NCBI GenBank assembly: GCA_028534125.1
Contig: CM052844.1
Span: forward strand, 1,550,001 to 1,614,000
Reading direction: 5' to 3'
DNA from: Lama glama
Taxonomy: Eukaryota
DNA: 64,000 bases
Shown here: in pieces, positions 51,101 through 63,970 of the stretch
Layout of the letters: each line of letters begins with the position of its first letter
How positions within the stretch are numbered: the first letter of the stretch is position 1
The notes under the pieces: generated by a model
Database searches by the model: none
What the model was told of the DNA's origin: nothing
What the model saw: the letters and a program-made list of their open reading frames with translations, nothing else
Made by a program: the position numbers and the translations under genes

Positions 51101-52779
51101 GCCTCGGTACTGGAGACGCTGTGTTTAGTGCCATCTGCAGACTGTCTGCTTTTAATTCTCTAATTAATCCTGTGGAGTGAATACAATTATTTTACCAATA
51201 TTAGGGATGAAGAAAGCAAGATCCAACGGGGGCTAATTGTCCTAATGGAGGTGCCAGGACAGGCGACCCCACGGAGGGGGTCCACGCCTCTGTCTGCATG
51301 GTCCTGTAGCCGGTGTTCCATGCACACAGTCCTGGAGCTCCTCCCACGAGAGAGCTGGGGCTGCCCTCCTGGGTCTCACTGTGCAGCTGGGTGCTCAGAC
51401 AGACTGAGCCCTGCTGCTTCACTATGGGAAACTTTCCTATGCGTCTCTCCTTTGGTCCAACAGGGACACTAGGACTGGTCGTGACCAGCACAGAGAAGAG
51501 AGGGAGTTAAAACCAATGGATGTGCTTCTCTGCATGGGGTGCTGGGAGCCTGCCCGCTCCTCCCATCGGGGGAAGGGGCTTGGAGGGAGCAGGAGCAGTG
51601 GTTGAGGCCGTGCCCTGCCCAGCATCTCAGAGATGGAGTGGGCAGCAGCCACCTTGCATCAGTGGGCAGCAAACTTTGGTGTCTAAGAATCACTGGACAG
51701 CAGAATGTTATTCTGCCTTAGAAAGGAATGAGATTCTGACGCAGGTGACAACCTGGATGGACCCTATGCTGAATGACATAAACCAGACAAATACTGTGTA
51801 ATCACAGTTCACAGGAGGGCCCTGGAACCGTCAGGTGCGTAGACACTGAAAGTAGGATATCACTGTGCTCAGGGAGGCCAACCTGCCCTCCCCCATGGTA
51901 GCGGCTCCACTTAGGTCCCCTTTACACCCCAAAGTGTCGTAGGCCTGCCTCTACCAGCCCATGGAGGAGAAGTTGGACCCTCTGTCTTTCAAATGAGGCC
52001 AAAGGGAAATTTTCTGCTTTGGGAAAAAGTGATCTAAAAGTCAGTAAATGGTATGACCAAGCCGTCTGTCATTAGCCCGTCACCCAAGGGTGCAGGACAG
52101 TAAACCATGGAGCCCAGGGCTTGTAGACAATTGGAGATCCCTACCTCTGTGCAGAGGACTGAAAGCAGTGTTGGTAAGGAGTGAATTTCCCTGGGAACAC
52201 AGGACACATGAGACTCCTTGACAGGCTCCAGTCCCTGGGAGTCTCAAAAAAGCCACCAAAATGAATAGAATTCAAATCAGGTCTGATCTGGGGAGAGGAG
52301 GCACCCCTACACTGGGCACATCCCAAACAGCCTACCACGGCTCCTGTGGTGGGGATGTGTGGGAGCAACAGAGTGAGCAGATGCGAGCGTTCCTAGCAAG
52401 TCAGTAGAGGCAACGCTCTGGAAGATAAGTATCCATTTAGTATTTTCATGAAAAAGTGGTTAAAAAAAAAAAAGATCAAAGGTGAAGACTTTGGTTACCT
52501 GGAAACCTTATTAGAGCATTCTTGAGAACATCAGATAAATTAAAAGTTGCTTCGAAGCACCTCTTTAGCACGTGCATCTGCTTGCAAGCAGAGAAGAACC
52601 CATTGGTGCTGTTTCAAATGAAGATGAACAAAACCTAACTGAGATCTTTATTCAACACTTCAACGCCTATTTATTTTTTCCCAGTTCTCCTACGAAGAAA
52701 CTAGAACTGTATGAAGAATGAAACATTGCTTATTGCTAACATCCAGGTTTGGGAGAGTAACCAGACGAAGATTTTTCTC

Positions 52780-53275
52780 TGTAATTATCACTCTTTACTC
52801 CCAGGTATGTATCCAAGGGAAATGAAAGCAGATGTCCCCACAAAGACATGGAAGTTCATGGGAGCATCAGTCACAACGGGGAGGGAGCAGAAGCTACCCA
52901 AACGTCTGTCAGGGGCTGAATGGACCCACAAGCAGTGGCCTGTCCGTAAGCGGCGTGTTATCTGGCTATCAGATACGTGCCCCGTCGTGAACCTGGACAA
53001 CGTCGTGCTAAGTGAGGGGCACCAGGCACAAAGGGCCACGCGTTGTGTGGTTCCCTTCATACAAAAGGTCCAGAAGAGGAAAGCCATTGGGACCGACGGT
53101 GCACTGGTGGGGTTGGGTTTGGGCTGAGAGAATGGCACAGGCCCATAATGGGCCCAGTGTTCCTTTTAGGAGGGACAAATGTTCTAAAATTAGAGACTGG
53201 TAATGGTTGTATCACCTGTGAATTAAATATCTGTGAATATATTTTAAAAAACATTGAATCGTACACTTGAAATGG
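52780..53275 (+). repeat. Old L1MB/ME 3' end, strongly GC-shifted
   Basis: YPREMKADVPTKT remnant; gtgctaagtga...ggccac...ttgtgtggttcc. Confidence 0.82.
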
Positions 53276-55174
53276 GCGAAGTCGGTGGTGAGCGAACGCC
53301 GTCACGTAACCCGGGAGGCGGTGACGCCCGCAGCCTTTGCCTGCAGAGCCTGGAGTCACTGCACGTGGCCGTTTTTCCATGGTTTTTCTGATAATTATCA
53401 AATTAATTGGATCTGCGACTCTGACAATATAGGATTTTTTTTCTTTTTACAAATTCAAACAATTTCAGCCATAGTTAAAATGAAACAGTATTTCACGTTT
53501 CAGTAACAGTCTTAAAGTTCTCCTGAGATAAGAACCTTAACTGACAGCTGCCTTCACGTCTCTCTCCTGACTCCTTATCCTTATCTGCAGTTATAAAAAT
53601 TATGCTACTACACTGACAACTCTGCTTTAAATTCTCCTAAATTAGGAAGCGTTCTCTGTGGCACGGTGGGAGTGTGGCACTGACGTTGGTAAATGGGGAC
53701 TGAGGGCAGGTGGAGAGAGACACCGTGAACATTGTCAGTGTCAGGTAGCAGGATCCCCTGCTGTTCAGGTTCATGAATGTGAAATTTGCCTTAACTTTGA
53801 GCAATTTGGACGCTAAACATAAAAAATGAGGGAGGAAAATAGGTTATGTTGAAAGCCACATCAGCCCATCATGACAATTGCTTCTTTGAACTACTGATAG
53901 TAAAAAAAAAAAAAAAAAGAACATTTTCTTGCCTACAGCTCAGAGATGAGCTGCCTGAGGAGGCAAACTACAGGCTCCCCAGTTCCAACCACGAAACTGA
54001 AGGGCGTGGAAATATAATGCTTGTTTCAAGCAACCCTCCGGCTCCCTCGGCACCAGCCCCTCCACCCCCAGCAGAACCTTGGCCCACTTCATGGGGCTGA
54101 TTAGAATGAAAGGAGCTGGTACACAGAGTTGCTTGGGACAGTATCGAGGACACAAAACGCATGTGACAGGGGAAAGCTAGCAGCATTGTTAGCATTACTA
54201 TCCGTGGTACTACTATTGCCTGCTCCCCAAGCAGCTAGTGTAAGAGCCCTGGCCCTGAGCCTGCTGACTGTCCCTGTCCTGTCTGGGGCTTGTGTCTGCC
54301 CTCAAGGTGGTCCTGTCCCTGGTGGGCAGCGGGTTGCCTTGGCCACCAGCTTGGGTCCCAGCCTAGGAGGGTGTCTGATCTGGCGAAAGCAGAGGGAGTG
54401 AGGCTGGGGAGGACGAACCCCCCGAGGGGAATGGGGCCCAATCAGTAGCAGGAAGCGAAGCTGGGGCCCAAAACAGCCAATGCGCACCTTGCGGGCTGGG
54501 CCTGGGGTAGGGGGGCAGGTGAACACAGGGATGCGCTTTGTCCTGGGAGACGGGTCTGTGTCTTCCATGAGGACTATGAGAATGGGACTGCCGAAGGGCT
54601 GCCGTGAATGAGGCAGACTGCCAGCTCCTCCCTGAATCCATGCCCGGGCACCGGAGGGGCACCGGAGAGGCAGTGCTGGGCCTGGGGAGGGGCCCCGCTA
54701 CCAGGAGGGAGCACCCCAGTGGAGGCCAACAGACAGTGCACAGGGAAGCACGGTGAAGCTTCAACGAAGAACACTCATGGGGGCGTGAAGCAGGCAACTC
54801 AGGGAGGGAGGCAGGAGGGGGTCCGGAACCCTCAGGAGTATCAGTGAAGGATGGAGTGAATCCCACACCACCAGATCTGCTGGGAAAGAATTCCAGAAAG
54901 TGGGATGGTCGCAGGCAAGGTCCCGGGGCAGGAAGGCCCATGAGAGAGGAGGCTGCGTGACCCGCTGCCCATCCTGCCTTTGGACGGTCAGCTCAAGCCA
55001 GTCAAGGGAGGTGACGATTTACGGGCTTTGGGCATTTGTGTCGGGGCCTGGAGAGGGCGGTGGGTGGTGTCAGCTCCGAGCCTGCTCGAGGTCTTGCAGG
55101 GCTGGACGGTCCCTCCGTAGCGCTCCTGCAAGTTTTTCTATTCGATGCTGTCAGCCCATCACTTCCATAGACGA

Positions 55175-55236
55175 GGATCTCAAAGGACAGCCCTGTGGGG
55201 CAAACGGATCTCAAAGGACAGCCCTGTGGGGCAAAC
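55175..55236. repeat. Perfect 31-bp tandem duplication beside a MaLR-like fragment
   Basis: ggatctcaaaggacagccctgtggggcaaac x2. Confidence 0.95.
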
Positions 55237-55855
55237 AGAGGCTGGAGGAGCAGGGACAGACCCTTCCTCGGTGTCTCCAAGGGAGCCAACCTTGCTGACA
55301 ACTTCTTCTTGAACTCCTGGCTCCACAAGTAGCAGAAGACGGAATTCCTGCTGTTTCAAGCCCCCCAGGTTCAGCACGTGGTTGGGCAGCCCTGGGAGAC
55401 GCGCACGCTCTCTCCAGCTCACATTGGCGAGGGTGTAAAGTGAGCACCTGCGCCAGGATGGAGAGATACAATGCAAAAACATGCCTATGCTTGTCGGGGT
55501 ACGAAGGCTCTGGAACTTCTAAAAAGTAAATGTTTAGACATCACCATAAATCCTACTTAAAAAGAAAAGCAGTCACTACCCAGAAGGCACGGTCATGGGG
55601 GCTGGGCACCCACACAGGACCTCACAGCAGGGCTGGACCCTGATAAGGGGCTGGAGGACACTGGGCTGGGGCTTCTGGATGACTGTGCTGAGCTTCTAGG
55701 GAAGGAGATCAATTTCTAGTTGGACGGAATCTGACGTGACAACTTGCTTAATGGTGAGGAGCAGCCACCATCTCAGGATTTGAAACAAGAGACAGCAGCC
55801 TGGAGGGCTGGTCCTGGGGACACCTGGGCTCTGCGTCCCTCACCTGTGCAACCTG

Positions 55856-55929
55856 AGCAGCGGGGTCTCCCTCCCGGCAGGGGGGTCTCCAACCCAGCAG
55901 CGGGGTCTCCCTCCCAGCAGCGAGGTCCC
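55856..55929. repeat. 20-bp minisatellite, ~3.7 copies
   Basis: Unit agcagcggggtctccctccc. Confidence 0.9.
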
Positions 55930-57319
55930 CATTGGAGCAGCAGGACTGCTGCCAGCCACCCTGCCAGCCTCCCAGGACTGTTAAGACGAGGAAATGGAGC
56001 TTGGAGGTTCTCTATAGACTGGAGAAGACAACTCAGACTCACGCGTCATCCACAGCATCAACCAAAACTTATCTAAAGTAGTGCAAACAAGGAAGAGTGC
56101 CTTTAAGAACTCCTTTTCTCTGAGGAAGCAAATGGATGCATCTTCACTGTTCGAATCGATCCTAAGCGAGTCAGCTGTGTTTAAAACCTACAGACTCTCC
56201 AGGTATGGGTGTATCCCACACACGGTTGCATGTTTCCTGGCGGTGGCCCTAAATTGTAAGTTTAAATAGAAATCAAGACGCTGAAGATGGGGATTCCTTT
56301 GTGGACGGGTTACTCTGCAGCAGATGTGGTCAAACTGAGCCACCAGCAGGGCGACGCTTTGCATTACTCGGATGTTTTTCAAAAACATTCGTAGCAAATG
56401 TTTTCAGAGTTCATAAAAAGACTTTCCATCGCAGCTGAGAGCTGAGCAATGCCAGATGCAGTCCCAGCTCACCGGAAGCTCGTCGAGATGTCCCCGCCCC
56501 GCCCCTGGGGACCGGGTGGGCAGAAGACTGTGGAAACCCCATTCCAGTTCCAGAACCACTCCGCGTAATGGGGAGAGGCCACTGCGTCCAAGGGGATTTT
56601 GGCAAAACCAGTGGGAAACGTTCCTTTGAGGACACAGTGCCCTGCTTTGAGCTTTAACCTTTCCGTAATCGGAAATTCTGATGATGAGCAAACTTCACAG
56701 TGAGGCTCGGAGGCTGAAGAGGCTGAACATTCAGACGAAGTCTTGAGCAGATAAATAATAATGCCTATCGGGTTCATAACTACATTTCACTCAAGGTCCG
56801 AGGAGAGGGTGGCCAAGAACACCTCAAGGGAAGGCGGTTTTGTCCGGCCAGGAGGGCGGCTGGGGCAATGGCAGCTCCTTTCTAGAACGTGAGGAGGGAT
56901 TTTATGGCAGCAGCTGCTGGTCGTTCCCTCGTGGGCCCTGTGGAGAGCAGGGAATCGGGGGGGGGGGGGGATTCCTGGTCCCTCCTCCTCAGCCCCTTCA
57001 CCTTGTCTGCAGATTCCTGGGGGGCCCACGGCAGGAAGGAGACGCTGGGCTCCCCTGGGGCAAATCCTCCTGGAGGCAGGTCCCGTGCGTGCCTCGCCGC
57101 AGCCTGGAACCCAGAGGGGCCCCAAGGGACGCCTTCCGCCCCACGCACCCCCGTTCGGGGGCTGCTCCTCCTCCAGACCCCCTCCCTTCTCTCTGTGCCT
57201 CTCCGCTCACACCGCTAATTCAGTTCCTGGAATAGGAATGGTAAATGGCAAAAAGTAGGGAAATTGGAAGGTCCAAGGTGAGAGTCAAAGGAAGACGAAC
57301 CCTACAGGAAACCCTTCGG

Positions 57320-58100
57320 ATGCCCCCCGTGCGCCGACCCCGGAGCTCCTGACCCCTCGCGTTCCCCGCGTTTCGGGAGCTGCCTGGATCTGTGTCCGCT
57401 GATCCTAGTTTGTGTGATAGACCCCGTGGTGCTTCTCCGCGGACAGGTCCTGGTTTCGGGGCTTCTGCTCTTGGGAGAAAGGCAGGCGCCGTTACCGACC
57501 CTGCTTCACAGGCGGAGGCCCCGGGCGCAGCTGGAAGAGGGGCTCCGCCAGGCCCGCGGGGCAGAGGCGGCGACGTGGGCGGACCGCCGCCCCCCGCCGC
57601 TGCCGGGCCGGGGTGAGGGTCGTCGCCTCTGCCCGCGCACGCGCAAGGCAGGGCCCAGCGCTAACCCAGAGCGGCCCCGGGGCCGTGCGTCCACGCAGGG
57701 GAGCCCGCGCCGGGACTCCACCTCGGCGCCTCCTGGAGCCCAGGGCCCGGCGCCGCAGTGGGACGCGGCGCTCCGGGCCTGACGCGCTCCCGCTGCCCCG
57801 ACCGCGCGGCGTTTGCTTCTCCAGGCAGAGCGGCTGCCGCTGGAGCCCCGCCGCCTCCTTCAGCCTCGTGGCTCGCGGTCACCCGGGCCCAGGGGGCCGC
57901 TCCTCGCTCGGGGCGGTGGGGAAGGCGGCTGGAGACCCAGGCCAGCGGCGGCGCTTGCTGAGGGCGCCCGCTCGGCTGAGCAGCACTGGCCCCCCAGCAG
58001 GGAGAGGAAGAAACGGAGGCACGTCTGTGGTCGGGGAAGTGAAGGAGACCGGTACCGAACAGACGTGCGCCGTCTCCCGCCCTCTTCTGGGCTTGCAGAC
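57320..58100. promoter_or_regulatory. Orphan CpG island
   Basis: High GC and CpG, GC boxes, possible plus donor GGG|gtgagg near 57612. Confidence 0.7.
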
Positions 58101-59136
58101 GTCTTACCCGATAATACCTGGTCTCACGAGCCCTGGCAGGATTTTTTTTAATCATTCGGTCATTTTTTGCATGGTGTACGATGAAAAAGCAATTTTAAGT
58201 TTAAAAAGTGTGTTTGGGTCAGTGCGTCACTGAAGATCACCCTAAAACGTTCATTTTACCACGAACGATCGTTCTGATTAGACGTAAAGTCACATTTCCA
58301 GTGTCCCCATGGAAACAGTGATGTTCTCTGTTTAATTTATTTTAAAACAACTGCGTGGTAAAAGCATGACTTGTTGACAAATACATTTTCAAGTGAGATA
58401 CTATATCTTGCTTGGTTTGGGCTCATTACACGCACTAAAATGTAGATGGACGTTTGGCTTCATGTTAGAACATCCAGAAGAGACAGAAGCACAGGCATGA
58501 CCTCTTTGGAGTTCTTGCATTTTGTTATTTAAAAGCCAGTGGATTTGTTTTTACAGTACTTTTCAGTCCCAGCTCCCTCCCCGGCCCCTCCTGGTCCTGC
58601 CCCCCACCCCCGCCTGAGTCTGCACACCCCACAGCACTTGCTGCTGGGCCCTCATCACCCAGAAGGTAGCCTTTTTGGACGGGGCCCCCCTGGATGCCCT
58701 CTGTTGCCGAGTCTGTCAGGAGTAGGAAACTAATCAAGTCTACCACTGGGACAGGGGAGGGTCCCCGCGTTGAGAGGATCCACTGTCCACTTTCTCCACT
58801 AACTAAGCCTGCAAGGCACAGTGGTCCTCACCTGCTCCTCAGGACGCGGGAGGGGCCCCTCGCGGTGGGTCCCTGAGATGAACTAGTTCTCTCCCATCTC
58901 GGCCCCACGATGCGGGTACCCGGGTCCACCTGATCCCTAACTCCTGCACTCATTGAGATTCCTCCCCCGCCGCTGCCTTCTCCCCCAGTCTTTTTGTTAC
59001 TCTGAGTAAAACCTTTACCATCCTTTCGCAGGGGGTTGAGTAAAGAGAAGACAAAGGCAGCGACACACCACGTTGCACAGACATTTGTTTGCGTCCTAAA
59101 CTTCTTTTCCTTCATTTTCTCTCTCTTTTTCTGATT

Positions 59137-59816
59137 TCACTTTTTTCCCTTCCCTTTAAATATTGCATCTGTTTTTGTGGCTGATTCCCCTAAACTGTCT
59201 CCCTCCGAGTACTTTATCTTTAAATCTTCCAGTATTTCTTCCCGGTTAAGGATCAGATTAGTTACAGCCTCTGTCCTCGCCGTGCCGCCAGCGTTCGGAA
59301 AGAGGAAGTTCTCTCCAGTGCAGTCCCGAAAGCTATTTGGTGGTCTGCGGTCAGCTGAACTGCTTTTCCAGAATGTAATGGAATTTAACGCCCCTTCGTA
59401 ACTGGAAGTAACTGAGCTTTGGCAAGTTGACCAAAAAAGGTTTTCTCAGCCTCTTCTCCGTGTGAACGCCTATAAATAGATTCCACCAAGATGTGGCCCT
59501 TAATCTTAATCTCTCTTGCCTCAGCGCTGTCTCGTAACAGCCTCAGGGTTCCCGAGAGGGCCCGTCCAGTGCGTCGTGGGGCTTATCCCCACGGGTGCAG
59601 GGCCGCCCTGCCGTGAAACTACAATGTGAGGACGAGCAGGATGGCCTCCCCGGCGAGGGAAGAACTGAAATTCTCGTTAACTGGGGGAAATTTTTATGAT
59701 CATCAAAGTGTTCAGGTCTGGTCTTTTAAGAAAGCTACCGGAGGGAGGGGAAGAGGGGAGGGGGGGGAATGATGACTTCTTTATAACAAATGGCGATTTT
59801 TGTGCAAGTTTTTAAG
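59137..59816 (-). mobile_element. Fossil CR1/L3 ORF2 AP-endonuclease domain
   Basis: Colinear CR1 motifs LKNLHKN / EHFD / RRGG / KGHILVESIYR...EEAEKTFFGQL / FWKSSSA...FRDCTGENFLF...RTEAVTNLILNREEILEDLKI...SLGES. Confidence 0.8.
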
Positions 59817-61048
59817 CAGCTTTTTTCAGGGAACAGGAAAGACTAAAACCCCTCTGCCCGTCAGTAGCGGCCGTGCACGGGCGTCCCTGCACGGACATCT
59901 CCCGGACCACGGCTCCCCTCCCACTGTCGCTGTCTTTTTCTCTCCGTCCTTACACGGAGAGGGTTAAATATATCCTGGGCCATGATTCAGACTTTCTTCA
60001 AGTACTTTAAACCCTCAAAGCCCGTGCAGAGATCATTATCACTTCCTGTTTTAGCCAGGCTCCTCGCAGTCTTTGGCAATTGTATTTCCCTCGCTCTGTT
60101 TTCCCTGAGCCAGTGGGGCCCAGCCTCACCCTTCCAGCCCCAATAAGGGACAGCAAATGGTGTCGGCCCAGATGACTGCACGGCCAGGACAAAGCGCTCC
60201 AGCTGCCACTGATGGCAGAAAACGGCAGCTAAATCCAGGCCAGAAGGTCCTAGAGATGTTGAAAGGAAGGTACAGTGAGACAGAGCAAGACTCTTCATCT
60301 TTTGCAATAAAAAAATTAAATTATTTCTACCACATCCACTTGGAACATGTCTGACAAAGCAATCGACGGATGTTTTCACACAAGCTCGTTGATCCATATC
60401 ATCCTTTCTTTTTTTGTGCTCTATTTGGTCATGACATTGTTAGAAGGTCACTTGCTTGATCTGAAGAGTGAGAGCAGAGTGTTTTTCAAACAAGCAAGGG
60501 GAGGAGTGAAAGGAAAGTGTGAGAAGAGCAGGCTAGTCTTGGCCGTCGTCGGGGACCTGCTGGCCCGTGGGCTGGTCTCGGTCGTCGTCGGGGGAACTGG
60601 AGCAGGCTCTGGTCGCCCTTGGGTGGTGAGAGGCTCGAACTAATCCGTGGAGTTAGCAGGTGTCTCTTTCTTGGCTTTCCCGGACTGCTCAGCACCACTG
60701 GAAACAGAGCTGAGTCTACAGTGCTTATCAAAGAGCAGTCCCTAAATACTCAGTCACCAACAGTTGCCCGCAGAGGTGTTTCAGTAGTAGTGCCCAGTCA
60801 CACTTTAAGTAAATATTTCACCTCTGTGCCCTTTTCAACCAGTTGCTTCTAAAACTATATTGTAAGAGTGCAGATAAGGGGGAAAGTTTATTTCCCCAGT
60901 GGAATGTAAAAGGATCAGTTGTACTTAGGAGCAGAAATATGGCGTAAAGAATGGCGCCTTTCTTGGAGCCGTAGGCCTTGTTATCATCTGGGATTCTTTT
61001 CTGTCCATCTGGATTTAGATCATTATTTAAATAAAAGCAATGCCTTTT

Positions 61049-61629
61049 GATACATGCACCCCAGTGGTCACAGCAGCACTACTTACAATACCCAAGGCAT
61101 GGAAACANNNNNNNNNNNNNNNNNNNNNNNNNNNNNNNNNNNNNNNNNNNNNNNNNNNNNNNNNNNNNNNNNNNNNNNNNNNNNNNNNNNNNNNNNNNNN
61201 NNNNNNNNNNNNNNNNNNNNNNNNNNNNNNNNNNNNNNNNNNNNNNGAAGTAAGTCAGACAGAGAAAGAAAAATACCATATGTCACTTCTATGTGGAATC
61301 TTAAAAAAAAGACAAACTTATTTACAAAACAGAAACAGACTGGCAGACATAGAAAACAAACTTATGGTTACTCGGGAGTACAAGGGGTGGGAGGAGATAA
61401 GAGAGTTGGGGATTGTAGACACTAACTACTGTATATAAAATAGATAAACAACAAGGTCCTATGGTAGAGCACAGGGAGCTATATTCAATGTCCATAGTCA
61501 CCTATAATGAAAAAGAACATGAAAACAAACACGTGTATGCTCATGTGTGACTGAAGCGCTGTGCTGCACACCAGAAACTGACACGTTGTAAACCGACTCT
61601 ACTTCAATAAAAGTAACTACTAAAAAAAG
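61049..61629 (+). mobile_element. Young 5'-truncated L1 with gap
   Basis: DTCTP...EVSQTEKEKYHM; AATAAA and A-tail; TSD gcaatgcctttt (61037-61048 / 61630-61641). Confidence 0.93.
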
Positions 61630-63114
61630 GCAATGCCTTTTTTAATATCCAAACTATTTTTAGACTAAAGTATGTATGTCCTGTTGAGAAGGGAGTATTG
61701 ATTTTCACCCCCAGTTTTAGTGAGATATCATGGACACACAGCACCGGGGGGGCTGAAGGAGTGTGAATATTAAACTCACTCCAGATTCCGCTCTCCGCGG
61801 TCCTGAGCGCTTCCTACTGAGCCTTCTCCGAGTGGCATGGGGAGGACCCCAGGGCCTTCACTGGAGCGGAGGCAGGATGGCACCGACTCTCCAGAGAGGC
61901 GCCCAAGCGCAGCCTGGCCCCACCGTCTCCTGGCTGTGTGAGCGGGGGCAGGTGAGCAGACTCTCCATCTCCAAGTGCAGCGTGCGGTGGAGACACACCT
62001 AGTGTTTCCCCACGAGGTTGCTGTGTGGGCCGAGCGAGTGAGTCCCTGCAGTACCACTCAGGACAGAGCCTGGCTGTTACTCTCACGTTAGGGGAAACCT
62101 TGACTTGCCCGGATGATCACGCTGGTTGAGTTTTTCCTGATGCATTTGGCCAGACAGCTGAAACTCCTTTCTGCTTCCAAAAGTAAAGGCATGTGTTCCA
62201 TGATTCGGGCAAGATTAGTGGGGTCTGAGCTTCTGCTTCACCCTCAGACGTGAACAACAGCTTTCGTCCTCACGTGACTGCACTGGGAGTCTGAGAGGGC
62301 CTGGGAAAAACTGATTTATGGGTAGGAAGTGGATGTGTCTTCTCAAGGAAGGTCCGTGATGGTTACTGACGCTGTTGTCAGGGCTGAAATTCTTTTCCTT
62401 TTAAAGAGGTTTGAGACACCAGATGAAAGACATAGGAAAGTTGTAAAGTAGATTGAGTGTTGAGTAGACTCCGACATTCTTCATTAATTGGGTTGTCTCA
62501 AAATAGCTCAGATCCATGCCTCCTTGCAGACAACGGCGTGGGAGAGGGAGGAGGGGAGGAGTGGATCCTGGAAGGAGTAGGATTAGGGAGACACCGTCGC
62601 CCACGAGAAGAGCCCAAGGAAAGGGCGTCCAGCCAGAGTCCAAGCCTTTCATCTGAACTTCGGCCGGCTCACACTGTCAGAGTTCACGTGCAGAGTCAGG
62701 TTATACACAAAGGATAGCAGACGGTGACCACTGTGGTTGGGGAACAGCAGGCAGGTTCTGGGGACGCACAGCCTTGTGCATGGGAGATCGAGAGGCCCAG
62801 GAGGGACAGCTGAGCCTTCCTGGGGGAGACCTGCAGGCAACGTGCAAACACTGGTGGTGACTTACTGGGCACCGTCCTTTAGGGACGCCCCTCACATCGT
62901 ACTTTCACCCTGAGCAGCCATCCTCCTCCACCTCACAGGCAAGAAATACGAGGCACCGAGAGGCAAAAAACTTGCCCGGTGTCTCACAGTAAGTAGACCC
63001 CCAGGGCGGACAGTCTGTCCTCACGAGCGCCGCGCGCTCCTTCCTCCTCCCACGTCAGCCCCGCCTGCCGAGTGGAAAAAGCTGATCCCGAAAGATTACG
63101 CCCTGTCTGGTTCT

Positions 63115-63323
63115 GTTTGTACATAACATTCTTGAAAGGACACAATGAGCCAAATGGAGAACAGAATAGTGGCTTCCAGGGGTTTGTGATGAGGGGGCGG
63201 TAACAGAAGCAGGTGGGTGTGGTCATAAAAGGACATGAGCTGCCATTTGGTGATAGAACTGTCCTGTACCTTCATGAGACTCTCCAGGTGATAAAATTCC
63301 ACAGATCTAAACACACACACACA

Positions 63324-63361
<38 letters not shown>

Positions 63362-63560
63362 TTTAAGTAGCACTGGAGAATCTGGGATGAAGTCATGGAA
63401 TTGAATCAATGTCAATAATCGGGTTGTGGCCATACTACAGTTCTGCAAAATGTTACCACTGGGAGAAACTGGGAAAAAACTACCTGAGATCTTTTGCGTT
63501 GTTTCTGATAACTGCGTGTGAATCTATAATTATCTCAAAATAAAAAGCTTAATTAAAAAG
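63115..63560 (+). repeat. L1MC-like 3' end containing a (CA)n microsatellite (63311-63358)
   Basis: gttctgcaaaatgttaccactgggagaaactggg motif; about 24 CA units with one interruption. Confidence 0.82.
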
Positions 63561-63781
63561 GGCATGCCCAGGGTAGAGCTGCGGGAGCCTGTGACGTTAC
63601 AGCTGCAGGACTGACACAGGAAAGCCAAGAGCTTTACGGCACCGATGGCACCAAGCCACGTTTAACCAGCCACGGAGCCACCCTCTTCTCACTGCTAAGG
63701 ACACTTGTACCCCACACTCTGTTATTTCCATCTGAAATGCTTGAAAACCCAAACTATCTCAGATACAAGGATTATTGGGAA

Positions 63782-63970
63782 GGGGCTGCCAGATAAAATA
63801 CAGGGCACCCAGTTCTGTTAAAATTTCAGGTAAAGAATGAGTGATATTTTAGTATAAGTATATCCCAAATACCGCATGGAACATACTTACACAAAGATTA
63901 TTTGTTGTCTGTTTGAAATTCAAATTTAACTGGGTGCCCTGTGTTTTTATTTGCTAAATCTGGCAGCCCT
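63782..63970. mobile_element. MER53 palindromic MITE
   Basis: Long self-complementary arms gggctgccaga...cagggcacccagtt / aactgggtgccctg...tctggcagccc. Confidence 0.88.
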
